Under the pieces are notes generated by a model. That model was not told the DNA's origin, ran no database searches, and saw nothing but the letters and a program-made list of their open reading frames with translations. From Psammoneis japonica (taxonomy: Eukaryota): 64,000 nucleotides of DNA. Both the position numbers and the translations under genes were made by a program. Each line of letters begins with the position of its first letter. The stretch's first letter is position 1. Positions 12,157 to 25,014 of this stretch are shown here, one piece after another. The stretch spans positions 62,001 to 126,000 of the forward strand of contig QPGO01000073.1 of NCBI GenBank assembly GCA_008632985.1, given 5' to 3'.

Positions 12157-14525
12157 ACAACTCCTTCTTCTATGCTGTAGGCCCTTCATCCCTTATAGTC
12201 TTCTATTCTTCAAAATCTTGCTCCACACAGACTCCATTTGCCAAATTCCAGACTCCCACAATCCTTTCGGACTCAGATACTTCGAAGAGCGATGTACGTC
12301 TAGGAAAGACAAGATATGTCATTGTGGGTGGCATGCCGCGTACTGAATTCTGGCATTTACGATTATCACATCCAACATGTGCTCATCAAACGATGCGTGA
12401 AACAAATCTCGAACCGTGGCACGACAGCTCAAATACACCGTTTTGTTTGTATCTATCCACCACTTGACGCTCAATGCTGATGGACCAAATGGCATTGGAT
12501 ATTTGAAACTAAATGATCTGTTTGCCACGCCAACAGCCGGATATAGATGAAGGTATCACATTAGGATCCAGATTTTATCGTCAGGTGCGAATCAATTCTT
12601 CAAAGAAGCGACGAGTATTGAATGACAATCTTGCGGAATAGTAGTTATATTGCCATGGAATCAATACCAGAAGAAAAACTGTTGGCTCTAGGAGAGCAAC
12701 TACGTGCAGTCAAATTAGTTCCAGGAAGTCGCTGTTCTCTAAAGAGAGTAAACAAAAGTGGTCTCTAGAGAGAGTCTTGATGCAGAGAATAGTTTGCTCC
12801 GGTGGCATTGGTGGCGATTGATGCTTCTCTTTGTAGAAGCGGAATGATTTGGGAGGCTTGAGTCGCTCGTGTAGCACTCCAATATACATCCGTACGGTTC
12901 TCTTTGACACACTGTAAAAGTCGAACAGCACAATGCAGTCGCTTCGCCATCCGCCTTGTTGCTTCCGCCTTTGTCGCACATTCAAAAGAATTCAAAACTG
13001 GATTGCGCTGCGCCGGCGATCCAAACATCAACACGATGCGGGTCAACAAAGTTAAATGAACGTCCATTAAGAGCTCCTAAAACGGGTATTCTGAAAGAAG
13101 TCCGGATCGTTCGCCGGCGCTGCGTCATGAGATGTTCCCCTACCATCATGATCTGTTGTCAGAAGGATAGGTACCCTTCTCCCGTTTGGGACATGAATTT
13201 AGCGAGCAACGAACCCACGTACTACTGTATATAGAGTTTGTCTGCATTACCGCATGTGCTAATCCTGACTGTGCACATCGACCCCATACGAGCAACCTGC
13301 ACCGTAACGGCACCCAAAAGCAAAGGCGAGGTCATAGTCGTCATTCGCGATCGCACCGCAAAGGCAATAGAGAATCATCAAATGGACCCCGTCAAGCATT
13401 ACGAGTATAAACCGGTAGTCATCTGCGACCTGTACCACCTTTTGTCTCATTGCTGAGTTCACTCTAGTCCAAAAGTCTCTAAATAGCATAGACGTTAATA
13501 GCCTTGCAATACTGACACCGGAAATGGTGTGTAAGATTTTGATGTAACAAAGATTTATCATACACATATACCAACGTCCACCGAATGGCTACCTACCAAT
13601 TAGAATCCGCTATTACGAGCTCCTCGAAATGGCTATCGCTGTGGCCGTACGTACTGAGCAGTCCGATGGGAGAACCGCCATCTCGGTACATTCAACAACA
13701 AGGAATGCGCATTATCGTCAAGATACATTCTTCGAGATTGTGGTAACGGCATCGTTTATTGTCCTTCTTTTAGAGGGCCGTATCTTATGGCGCTTCATTC
13801 TCTAGCGGGTCCTGGTGGTCATTCGTGGCAGGTCGTGTACCATCCTAACCAATTCCAGAACAACCTGTACCCGTCATAGCCTCACCAGACCATCCGAGTG
13901 ACCAGCGTATGCAACAGTGACATGTCTAACCTGGCTTCTCCTTTGATTTGGTGACACAAGCAATTCAGCTGAAACGAAAAGTACTGTCCTTCATTATGCT
14001 TGATCCGAAATAAGGGAGACGCCTTTAGCTGTTCCACACTTCCAGGAAATACCAAAGGTCATCTATTGCGGCACCGCGAGGAGAAAGGGGCCATGTGGAT
14101 CCTCCAAATTTGCGACCTAAAAGCCGACATATACATGCCCATCACACAATTAACCGAGTCTGAAGCTTACACCAGCCGCTGCTACCGATTTCACGCAAAG
14201 GGTTGCAGGCAGGACATCATTTCTGTTACAGCGTTTTTGGTTGGCTTGCATCCCCTCTCCTGTCCCCTCGCAAGTATCCATCAAAGTAGGGAGTAGGGTC
14301 ATTCTCTTCGATAGTCGATGCTATTTCGCCGTCAATAATGTCTCGCATGGCGCCTGGCAGTCGGAATGGGGTTGTTTTGAAAAAGAAAAAAGAACGATGG
14401 GCAATGACGCATGTGTTGAAGCTTGTTCAATCTAGTCATAAACTGCGAACTCGAAAAACCCAACAACCACTTGAACGCGAAAAGCCACCGCCGCAGCTGT
14501 CTTTTTCGGCAAACGAAGAACGCCA
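12157..14525 (+). repeat. Segmental duplication copy 2 (paired with ~7200-9570)
   Basis: Same colinear blocks as copy 1. No intact ORF is recognisable. Confidence 0.88.
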
Positions 14526-14873
14526 CATCATCCTTATCGGTATCGACAACCTCTAGTGGCTAGTGAGTACATTATCATGTCGCTTTCTTTTCTTTCGGCA
14601 CCATCCTGTGCTGTTGTGATCATGGTGCACACTACCGTACTTCTCTTTGGCGGCAGGCGGCAACACACGATTCGAATGTCCGTTGAAAATCAAAAAGTTG
14701 GGGGCTTAAGTGTTTTGGAATTTTAGTAGAATTAGTACTGAAAGCAACGACCAATGGTCATTTCCGTGTCACAGACGCATGACTCGGGTAGACTCACACC
14801 CTGCATGCGGCCGCATAGGGCCTACCCTTCCCCTTCTCACTTGTCACCACCCACCCCGTGGTAGCCGTCACCA

Positions 14874-16404
14874 TGGCGTCACCTGTAATTGAAAGCAGTA
14901 TTGATGACCACGACACTTTGCTAGCCAGCGGAAATGTAAATCATCCGAAACAATCTCGTGGAGGCCTTTTCTCATCATTTCGACGTGGAGGGAACGCAGA
15001 AGAACGTGCGCCGCTCACCGAGTCAATGCCAGCAGAAGATCATGACCAGTTCCTGGAGTGCACACCTGGCGTCCAAAAGAAACAATATCTTGGAGATGAA
15101 GCGGATAACAGGCCTGTGTCGGGGGTGAAGGAACTCGTGTCCTGCTCTAATGGCCACGACGAGCAGCAAGAGTCAAGTGAAAAAGAGAACGACCGCATGG
15201 GCAACAACGATGAGGCAAATGAAGAGTCGGAAGAACTAGTGGACTTCAACAAGCTGATCAAGACTGAGGAATACAATGCCGATATGGACCCTTCTTCGTT
15301 GATATTGACTGATAATAAAGCGCGTTCCAATAAACGATTCTGGAGGTTCCGGAGACAAACAAACGGACAAAAGAACAACACGGATCATGTTGAAAACAAG
15401 GAACAAAATGATGCGTTAATCTTTAGTAATAAAGGCGAACAGTCAGATGGTGGCGAATCATCGTCTGACGACGGTTCAAACTCTAGCTGTGGTAGTCAAG
15501 ACGAGGAAGATTCTTCAGATGAAGGTGACGACGAGCCGGAACAACAGGACGAGTCGACAAAAGAAGTATCGCGCGATACCCCATTATACGAAGCACCACA
15601 ACGGAATCCATCCCCCGATCTGATTCATTGTCGGGATTTGAGCCCAGTAGAAGATCTCGTGGCTTTTGGCGCTTTCGTAGACAGCCAAAGGAACAAAAGC
15701 AGAGTCTGCTCGACCATTGTGACGATCTCGACAAAAAGCAACAAGAAGGCGAGAGGCAGCCGGAGCAATTGGAAGGAAGCGGAAGATGCGACTCCAACCA
15801 ACAAAAAGGAAAGCGGATGGGCTTGCCGCTTGGCCAATTTGGTTCGCGGCGCTCTCAAACCAATGGCGGTACGCTCTCGGAGGAAGAAATGGCCGAAATG
15901 GAAAAGAAATTTATGATTGACAAGCGTCGGCTACAACAAATGAAAGTTTCGACGGAACCAAGCAAAGACGATAAGGATTGGAAAGAAAAAACGTCCGATA
16001 CGATTGCCAAAGTTTTGATACCAGAGATATATGCACAAGAGCTTGATGTGGATGGAAACCTAGGAAAGTACCGAGCCATTGAAATGGACCAGTCGTCCGA
16101 TGAGGGATCATCAAGTCAACCGGAAAGCGAGAGGCTTTCTAACGTGCAGCGTTTAAGGCGTCACATTGAGAGCCTTGAGGCTAAAGTGCAGGAGCTGGAG
16201 TCTAAGCTTATGATTAAGGACCTCGAGGCGATGGGCTGGAAAAAGAAGGCAAAAGATTTGGAATATAAGTTGCGACGGCATCGACAGGAAGGAGGCATGG
16301 CAACCTCTTCGCTGTCGTCTGCCGCTTCGGAATCCTCTGAATTCGAAACGGAGGAAATCGGATCTACTGAAAGAGCAAAGGAACAAGATCTGCTAGACTT
16401 GTAA
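14874..16404 (+). CDS. Acidic low-complexity protein with C-terminal coiled coil, one frameshift near 15630
   Basis: ORFs 14858-15916 and 15628-16404 overlap and share the repeated motif RFWRFRRQ/GFWRFRRQ. The heptad segment LRRHIESLEAKVQELESKL is near the end. Confidence 0.6.
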
Positions 16405-17084
16405 CAAGATCCAGGCGACGAAAGCAAGGATACGCTAATTGATTTGAATGTCGTTCCAAGCAACGAGGCGGACATACTACGCGAGAATAACAAGACTACA
16501 GGTACAATCTTATAGAGTTACCCCGTGTAGAGTGAAATGTAACTTTTCGTCGACCCAGATCAGAAAACCCTTACAGCGCAGTTCGTTATTGGGCTTGTAA
16601 TGAAGTAAGATAACGCTATCGTGTCGATTACGACCCCCGAGAAGCGCATGACTGGTTTTATCAGAGATACTATTCAAGACAAACGTCTATGACATTGCCG
16701 TACAGGAATCTGAATCAGTAGTCTTTCGATCTTAATTCTGATATGAAGTGCTTTTACGAAAAATTTATGTAGCATATATCAATGACAGTTCACAGCTTCC
16801 AATCGACATAACGAAATCTTTTGCCGTCAAATTCATTTCTGAATCTGGCAGTGTCATTCTTTCTGAACAAAAGTATACATCATATAAACACGATATATTC
16901 AGCCATCGGTCAGCTATAGCCAATCGAGATTGCTCTCAGGAGGGAACAAATGTGATGGAGCCTGACTCTCGCCACAGCCTTTTGTTTCACAGTCGTGCTG
17001 CGTATCGAACAGGCTTCTCTATGCATTGTGTACTCATCTGCAGTGTAGCATGTAGACACGATGAACTCAACCGTCGATTCATCA

Positions 17085-18275
17085 CTACCAATCCAGATTG
17101 CTCTCAAGAGGCAATACAATGGGGGTAAAAGGAGCGAGCTTGGTTGTTTCCGTAAGCTGGTTTCCAAATCTTGCTTTGTTTTGCATGATGATTCTATCCA
17201 ACTCGACATCGACCAAGGTGGCAATGTGCTCAGGAGTGTCATCATTGAACGTGTAGTATATCCGTCGATCCTTACTACTCTCAATCAAAATCACCCCTCC
17301 CAAACCGCTTGAAGGGGTTTGGAAAGGAAGATTGGACGTATCGATTGGTGGCTCATCAATGATATAGACCCTCTGTTCGCGACGGCTCTTCTCTCGTTGC
17401 ATTTTGACTCCCTTTAGTTGATTTTCCTGTACTTCTTGATAAGTATATCCGCCCTTGGAGTAAAACTTCCGTCGGTGCACGCTCTTGATGGCTGCATTGT
17501 CAAGGGGGGCCAGGATAGGGGTGTACGGAAGAAACTTCGTACGTTCTGTCAAACCTGGAAACCGCTTTTCATTGTGATACAACAAGTCTCGAACATCAAC
17601 ATGAACAAATTCCGCAATGAGGTCAAGCGTATCATTGCGAGAACAGTAGTATATCTGACGGTTCATGTCGTCTTGAATGAAAATACAGCCCTCAACACCG
17701 GCTTCGTAGTGCTGAAGCGGGATATTCTCGGTAGACAGGCGCGGAATGTTCCTCCTCTTTTTGTTGCTACTGCTGCTACCCAGTGACGATAAAGGTGGTT
17801 TTATCAGCCTTTGCCTTTTGGGACAAACAGCGGCACGAGGGGTCCCTGGTCGGTCCGGCGTAACTGGCGTAATAACCATTTCACTCTGAGAGCGTTTCGT
17901 GGATGAAGATCGCTGTGGTGTTGCCGCAACTGGTACAGACTCAAAATCTTGTGATGGAACAACGATTAAGAAGTCGTTCTCGTCAAGAATGTCCCCAATA
18001 GAGAGGCCAGGGTCAATGGGGAATGTCTGGGGGTGAACATCGTGAAGATCTTCTTTGCTCACAAAGCTTCCACTCATTTTGACGTCGGTGTCTAATTTCC
18101 AGTGAATTTGTGGGATCCGCATTCTGTTTAATTTCTCAACTGCATGTTTAACAATGCCATTCTTAGCAGCAACAATGGATGCTACTTTTGCTGTATCTAG
18201 CCCCCCATTATCGAGGACAAGGCGGACACGTTGTGTCAGGGTTGTCATGGCGTACGGCACCAAAAATTGAAACAA
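17085..18275 (-). CDS. Protein with two LysM-like repeats (copy 1)
   Basis: YYCSRNDTLDLIAEFVHVDVRDLLYHN...PILAP and YYTFNDDTPEHIATLVDVELDRIIMQN...PIVLP fit the LysM pattern (DTxxxIA...LxxxN). There is no signal peptide and the linker is basic. Confidence 0.6.
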   Translation of the reverse strand: MFQFLVPYAMTTLTQRVRLVLDNGGLDTAKVASIVAAKNGIVKHAVEKLNRMRIPQIHWKLDTDVKMSGSFVSKEDLHDVHPQTFPIDPGLSIGDILDENDFLIVVPSQDFESVPVAATPQRSSSTKRSQSEMVITPVTPDRPGTPRAAVCPKRQRLIKPPLSSLGSSSSNKKRRNIPRLSTENIPLQHYEAGVEGCIFIQDDMNRQIYYCSRNDTLDLIAEFVHVDVRDLLYHNEKRFPGLTERTKFLPYTPILAPLDNAAIKSVHRRKFYSKGGYTYQEVQENQLKGVKMQREKSRREQRVYIIDEPPIDTSNLPFQTPSSGLGGVILIESSKDRRIYYTFNDDTPEHIATLVDVELDRIIMQNKARFGNQLTETTKLAPFTPIVLPLESNLDW

Positions 18276-18585
18276 TCATAAATTTCTGATTTCTGAGGAT
18301 CCGATCCTTGACCAAGGCCTTGACATTCGATCTGACAAACAGTGACACGTTTCGAAAAATTTTGGAATTTTGATTGGGGCCGCCTCGAGCGAATGCGTAG
18401 AAAATGTACCATCTGTACGTACAACAAGACCAAGAAGATTTGGAATTTTCAACAGGCTGGCGCGAGTGATGTAGGAAAAGTACCAACTTCTCTTACAGCG
18501 TTGATGTGTGAATCCTGTCAACTTCCGGCTTCGGCAACGCATCGCATCTCACAATGAGAGAAGCTACTGTAACTCATTAGCGAAA

Positions 18586-20227
18586 ATGGTCAAGTCGTCG
18601 AACAAGAAGAGGTCCTCATCCGCTGGTAATGGCATTCAGAAGAAAGCAGCAAAAAGCCAGAAAGCTCGTACCGGCGAGGGCGATCGTCAGCTGGTGGAGT
18701 CGTTGGAGAATAACACGTCACATTGAACGAGGATGCCCTGGCGTTAGTTATGAGATTCTTGCCGCCCCGTGACTTTACAACATGGCGTTTACTTGCAAGT
18801 CACTTCGGACACATGTGACTTTGACCATGGTGATCGAGTCTGCCATGATTCATGGAAAACATGCCAAGCAAACGATTGATAAGTTGCAAGAGTTGATGAG
18901 ATGCCGGAGCATTCACCCACCTTCCTCCCTGCGCCTATTGCGACTTGTTAACGGTAGACGGTGTGAATTTTGTCTTGATGCAAAAGTGAACACCGCTCGA
19001 GCGCATCTTGGCGTTTTTGCCTGTTGGGACTGTGTGACAAATCGGCTTGTCACGACGGTTCGATATTCGTCGTGGCCTACCTACAACAGCAGCAGCTCAG
19101 AAGCCTTCAAGAACGTCCTTCAACATGAGCGCATCACTAGAGGCTCTTGCGACGGTCGACGTTATTTGTGGAGTGATACTAAAAGAGATGAAGCAGGAGA
19201 CTTCATTGGACCGCTAGTTATCTACAATGACATACCTCATATGATAGGTCAAGGAGTAGATGGGTATATCGAGAACATGCGACGCGCTCCTTCTGCAGGT
19301 GACTATCAAGATTTCACTAAAGCATATGATGATACAAAAGGCCGTGCCAAGGCGATAAAAGCACAGCGCGATGAGCAGAAGGTGCTTGCTGCAACGAGGA
19401 GGGATGAAGCCCGTCAGCAGAAGCTGGAGTCCATAATCGAAAGCCTTGGGTCTCTTCTTGATGAAAACTTCCGGGACGCAGCTCTCAAAAGAAAGCAAGC
19501 ACGCGCATGGAACAAAAAGGATCCTACTTTTGAATTTTTCTTTCCCTTGGTTGAGGATCTCCTATGCCCTTATCTCTGCGCTCCCAGTAAAATGAGAAAG
19601 AAGACCTTGACAGACTTTGCGAACCAAATCAACGCCAAAATGCGGCTGATTGACAAGACGAACTTCTTGTCATACCACTTCCTAGATGAGGCCGACCCAT
19701 TCGAAAGCATTCTCAGAGAACGTGTGTGTACTGAGTTTTCCGACTATGCCGCGATCTTGGGTGCAAAACAGGTCACCAGGAGTTATGGCGGAACAGATGA
19801 GAAAGATTTGTGCACCGATCAGTTCTTCAACCTCCTGAAACAGAATAGGTTGTTGGCAGCTCTACTTTGTCTCAAGAACAACGATCTTGGTTACTTATTC
19901 TTAGAGGAGGGTGGTTCGAAGTTCAGTGCCATGGCCAAAAACGTGTGGGCAGCGTGCTTATCGGACGCTACACGTAATGGTGACGGCGGCACCGAGGACG
20001 ATACACGATTCAAACGAGCCTTTGAAGCTTGCAAGACTTCTCTACCGATTGCAAAGGCTAGCTATCACGAATACCTCTTGCTGTTAAAAACGAAGAATCG
20101 ACCTCGTCGGGGATATGCCCGAAGGCTCGCACTGGAAAATGATTATCTAGTAAGGTATCTAATGAACAATGATCTTGGTAGCTTGGACCGCCTGGTGGGA
20201 TCTGGTATTTGCGGCTTCAGGAAATAA
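18586..20227 (+). CDS. Hypothetical protein with F-box-like N-terminal motif and CxxC pairs (copy 1; 5' frameshifts)
   Basis: LNEDALALVMRFLPPRD...MAFTCKSLR (F-box-like), RRCEFC and ACWDC in a 481-aa ORF. Confidence 0.55.
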
Positions 20228-20413
20228 CGGCTTTTGTGGCTTTAGGAAAGGCGAGAAGTGAGTTTGCAGGTTAGGACTCAAACATGTTGCATGATACTGT
20301 CAGTCTTCTAACTCCAGGTTAAGACTCAAACAAGTTGCATAATACTGTCAGTCTTCTACGACTCCAGAGGTAGAGAGATAGATGAATGATTGCTTCCCTT
20401 CAATCTCGAGCAC

Positions 20414-20855
20414 CTATTTCATGCTAATTACCCAGTTCTCCAATGCGGATACATTGGGTTTGCAGATAATAAGAACGTTGGTTTTCTTGTCAAAGTCAAA
20501 TTCGAGCGTGTCGCGCTTGCAAGAAATCGTCGTGGGAGCAGAGTCCACCCCCATGACAACAATGCGTTCAATCGTGCGCTGCTCCTTGAGTGCATCCACC
20601 AGACTGGTCCAGCCGGAACCAATCATAATAGTATATCTCATCTTGTTGGCGGTAACCGAAATGTGCGCTTCACCGAACGCTTCTTTCTTGGCATGATCAA
20701 AGGTCTCTTCATCGTCCAAGTACAACATTCCCAAAGTCGCCTTGGTCTTGTCGAGCGCCACAAACAAAGTTTACGGATTGTTCGTCATTAGACTCGAGCT
20801 ACGGCGAAGACGTAGTTTTCTGGGAATCATGGAACCGCCACCTTGACTTCATCAC
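20414..20855 (-). pseudogene. 3' fragment of glucosidase II alpha created by the tandem duplication
   Basis: LFVALDKTKA...KPNVSALENWVISMK is nearly identical to the C-terminus of the gene at 25015. Confidence 0.9.
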
Positions 20856-21450
20856 CGGAGGAAAGCGGATCTACTAGAGTAGCAAAAAGAAAGAAGATCT
20901 GCTAGACTTGTCACAAGGCCAAAGCGATGGTTTCGTTCCAAGCAACGAGGCCGATATACTACACGAGAATAGCACGACTACCGGTACAGCCATAGGCAGT
21001 TTCCCCATGGACCTTTAGTCGACCCAGATCTACCATAGCGCACACCATTACTGGGCTTGCAATGAAGCAAGACAATGCTATCGTGTCGATTACGACAACC
21101 GACAAGCGCATGACTGGCTTTGTCAGAGATACTACTCCTACAACACAGACGTGGTTGACATTGCCTTACAGGAATCCAATCAGTAGTCTTTCTATCTAAC
21201 TGTGTATAAGAAAGTATTTATGTAGCATTTATTAGAATGTCAGTTCTCGGCTACAAATCGCCACAAAACGAAATGTTTTGCCGTCAATTTCGTTTCCGAA
21301 TCTTGCAGTGTCGTCCTTTCTAAAAGCGTATGCAGCTTGCAAACAGGATAGTTTCATCCATCATTACTCTCAGGAGGGAACAAAAATGATGGAGCTGAAC
21401 TCTCACCATATCCCATTTTCCTAGTCTCGCTGGGTGACAAATAGGCATCT

Positions 21451-22551
21451 TCAGTAGCATGTAGACACGATGAGCTCATGCGTCGACTCGCAGCTACAAA
21501 TCAAGGTGGCAATGTGCTCAGGAGTGTCATCATTGAACGTGTAGTATATCCGTCGATCCTTACTGCTCTCAATCAAAATCACCCCTCCCAACCCGCTTGA
21601 AGGGGTTTGGACAGGAAGATTGGACGTGTCGATGGGTGGCTCATCAATAACATAGATTCCTTGTTCTCGACGACGCTTCTCTCGTTGCATTTTGATTCCC
21701 TTTAGTCGATTCTCCTGTTTTTCCTGATAACTGTATCCGTCCTTGGAATAAAACTTCCTTCGGTGCACGCTCTGGAGAGCCGCATTGTCAATAGGGACCA
21801 GAATAGGGGTGTACCGCCAAAACTTCATACTTTCCGTCAAACCTGGAAACCGCTGTTCATTGTGATACAACAAGTCTCGAACATCTACATGAACAAATTC
21901 TGCAATGCGTTTAGGCGTATCGTTGTCATAACAGAAGTATATCTGACGGTTCATGTCGTGTTGAATGACAATACAGCCCTCAACACCGGTTTCGTAGTGC
22001 TGAAGAGGGATGTCCTCACTGGATAGGCGCTGCACGTTCCTCCTTGTTTTGCTTCTACTGTCACAAGATGATGATGGTGGCGGCTGGATCGCCTTATGCC
22101 TTTTGGGACTAACAGCAGCAAGAGGGGTCCCTGATCGGTCTGGACTAACTGGCGTAACCATCTCACTCTGAGAGCGCTTTGAGGAGGAAGATCGTTGTGG
22201 TGTTGCTGCAGCTGGTTCCGACTCAAAATCTTGTGATGGAACGACAATTAGGAAGTCGCTCTCGTCAAGAATATCCCCAATAGAGAAGTCAGGGCCAATA
22301 GGGAATGTCTGGGGGTTCTCATCGTGAAGATCTTCCTTGCTCACAAAGCTCCCACTCATTTCGACTTCGGTGTTTAGCTCCCAATGAATTTGTGGGATCC
22401 TCATTCCGTTCAATTTCTGAACAGCACGCTCCACAATGTCATTCTTAGCGGCAACAATGGACGCCACTTTTGCTGTATCTAGCCCCCCATTGTCGAGGAT
22501 AAGGCGGACACGTTGTGTCGGAGATGTTGGCGTGCCAGGATCTGACACCAT
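21451..22551 (-). CDS. LysM-like repeat protein copy 2, second repeat truncated by a deletion
   Basis: High similarity to 17085-18275. It diverges after DDTPEHIATL where sequence is deleted. Confidence 0.6.
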   Translation of the reverse strand: MVSDPGTPTSPTQRVRLILDNGGLDTAKVASIVAAKNDIVERAVQKLNGMRIPQIHWELNTEVEMSGSFVSKEDLHDENPQTFPIGPDFSIGDILDESDFLIVVPSQDFESEPAAATPQRSSSSKRSQSEMVTPVSPDRSGTPLAAVSPKRHKAIQPPPSSSCDSRSKTRRNVQRLSSEDIPLQHYETGVEGCIVIQHDMNRQIYFCYDNDTPKRIAEFVHVDVRDLLYHNEQRFPGLTESMKFWRYTPILVPIDNAALQSVHRRKFYSKDGYSYQEKQENRLKGIKMQREKRRREQGIYVIDEPPIDTSNLPVQTPSSGLGGVILIESSKDRRIYYTFNDDTPEHIATLICSCESTHELIVSTCY

Positions 22552-22982
22552 GGTTGTCAGAGAGCCAATCTAGCGCAGAGGAAGCGGGTGGGTATGTGGC
22601 TTTGTTGGAACTAGTGTGACAACTGTGACAACCAACTGTCTTTGATTCTCTACCGGCACATGTACATGCTGCATGATCGAAAAAATGAGTTCAGAAGGAT
22701 CTCAATAAATGTTTTCTGATAAATGATTTGGACATTGCAACACTTTAGAGGGGGCCATTGGGACATACAATTTTTCGAATAATTTTGGAAATCTGATTGG
22801 GGCGCGCGCGCTGAAAAAAAAAAAGGAATTTTCGATCGACATGCTGGCGTGATCGATTTTTGCAAGTTCTGCAGGACAACTAAAGTCTTGTTGGTGCTAC
22901 AGGTGTGTTGTACAAACCCCATAGCACTACAAAAAGCTTATTAGTCACCGCTTTGCGGCTCTCCCTACCTTCCTGTTCGAAA

Positions 22983-24741
22983 ATGGCCAACTCGTCGCAT
23001 TAGAAACGCTCTTCAAACGCAGGGAATGGAACCCACAATAAAGAGAAAGCGGCAAAAAGCAAGAAGAACGCTCGCAAGGGTGACCGTCAGCCGGTGGAAT
23101 CGTTGGAGAACACCGTCACGTTGAACGAGGATGCCCTGGTGTTGGTCATGAGATTCTTGCCACCCCGAGAGCTTTACAACATGGCTTTTACTTGCAAGTC
23201 ACTTACGAATCTTGTATAACGACGCCCGTGGTGATCGAGTCTGCCATGATTCATGGAAAACACGCAAAGCAAACGATTGGCAATTTGCGTGTGTTGATGG
23301 GCCACCAGAGCATCCACCCACCTTCCTCGTTGCGCTTGTTGCGACTTGCCAACGGCCGACGGTGTGAATTTTGTCTCGATGCCAAAGTGAACACCGTTCG
23401 GTCACATCTGGGGGTCTTTGCCTGTTGGGGGTGTTTGGGATTTCGGCTAGTCAAGAGGGTTCGAAACTCGTGGACTTCCTACAACTTCAGCAGCTCAGAA
23501 GCATTTCATGGCTTTCTTCGACACGAGCGCGTCACTAAAGGCATGTGGGAAGGTGAACGCTATTTGTGGAGAGATACGAGAAGAGATAAAACAGGTGAAG
23601 TCGTTGGGCCTCTAATTACCTACAAGGACATACGAATGATAGGCCGCAACGTAGATGCCTGCATTCAAAACATGCGGCGCGTTCCTTCTGCAGCCAACTA
23701 TCAAGTTTTCACCAAGGCATATGATGGTACAGAAGGTCGTGCTCAGGCGATTAAAGCGCAGCGCCACGAGCAGAAGGTGCTTGCTGCAACAAGGAGGGAT
23801 GAAGCCCGTCAGCAGAAGCTGGAGTCCATAATCGAAAGCCTGGGATCTCTTCTTGATGAGCCATTCCGGGAAGCGGCTCTTAAAAGAAAGTCAGTACAAG
23901 CATGGAAGAAAAAGTATCCTGCTGTAAATGTTACTGTCCCATGGTTCAGGATCTCCTGCGCCCTTATCTCTGCGCTCCCAGTAAAATGAGAAAGAAAACC
24001 TTAACAGACTTGGCGGACCAAATCAACACCAACGTGCGGCTTATTGCCAAAACGAACTTTTTGTCATTTGACTTTTTAGACGAGGCCGACCCATTCGAAA
24101 ACATTCTCAAGGAACGTGTATACACTGAGTTTTCCGACTATGCTGCGATCTTGGGTGCAGAACACTGCTACGAGACTAGTTCTGGATTGATGGGGCGAGG
24201 TTTATGCACCGAATACTTCTTGAGCCTCCTGAAACAAAATAGATTGTTGGCAGCCCTACTGTGGTTGAAGAACGACATTCTTGGTTACTTATTTTTTGAA
24301 GAGGATGATGCGGAATTCAACGTCATGGCCCAAAACGTATGGGACACTTGCATATCAGACGCTACTGGTAGTGGCGACGGCAACACAGAGGACGATACAC
24401 GATTCAAACGAGCTTTTCAAGCTTGCAAGACTTCGCTACCGGTTGCAAAGGCTAGCTATCGTGAATACCTTTTACTATTACAAAGAAAGTATCCACACAA
24501 CAAGGAAGAGCCTAGCTACTCGGGTCAGAATGACGAGAATCGAAAGCGTCGGGGTTTTGCCAAATATGCCGCACTACAATGGGAAGATCCAGTAACGGTA
24601 AGGTATCTAATGAACAATGATCTTGATGGCTTGGGCCGCCATGTGGTAGCTGAGTTTGAGCTCTTAGGTATGCCTGGCTACCATGCAGAGTACGAGTCTG
24701 ACGACGATGATGATGATGAAGTTGAGGCCGTCGAGCCGTGA
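22983..24741 (+). pseudogene. F-box-like hypothetical protein copy 2 (early in-frame TAG and frameshifts)
   Basis: Paralog of 18586-20227, with atggccaactcgtcgcattag at the start and split ORFs 23192 and 23902. Confidence 0.6.
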
Positions 24742-25014
24742 AAAATTGCGCAACGTGTCGGGTTCGCCACGATAAGATCGCGGAGTGACAAATGAGTATG
24801 TGGGTTAGGGTGGGCATGTGCGGCACTGCGGCGGAGTAGTGGTGTTGGGATTCCGTGAGCAAAATGTTGTTTAGTAGGCCGATCGTCAACAGCTACTGAC
24901 TGCAGTACAGTATTCACAAGAAAAATACATTTTAACCTACATGTTGCATGATCATGTCATTCTTTTACTACACTCCAGAGATTTATCTGTGGCTTTCACA
25001 TCAATCTCGAGCAC

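Larger units (their letters stand above)
16349..20855 (+). repeat. Tandem duplication unit 1 (~4.5 kb; paired with ~20856-25495)
   Basis: Both units begin with ggaggaaa.cggatctact...aagatctgctagacttgt. Both carry LysM-like and F-box-like genes and end in the glucosidase II 3' sequence. Confidence 0.9.
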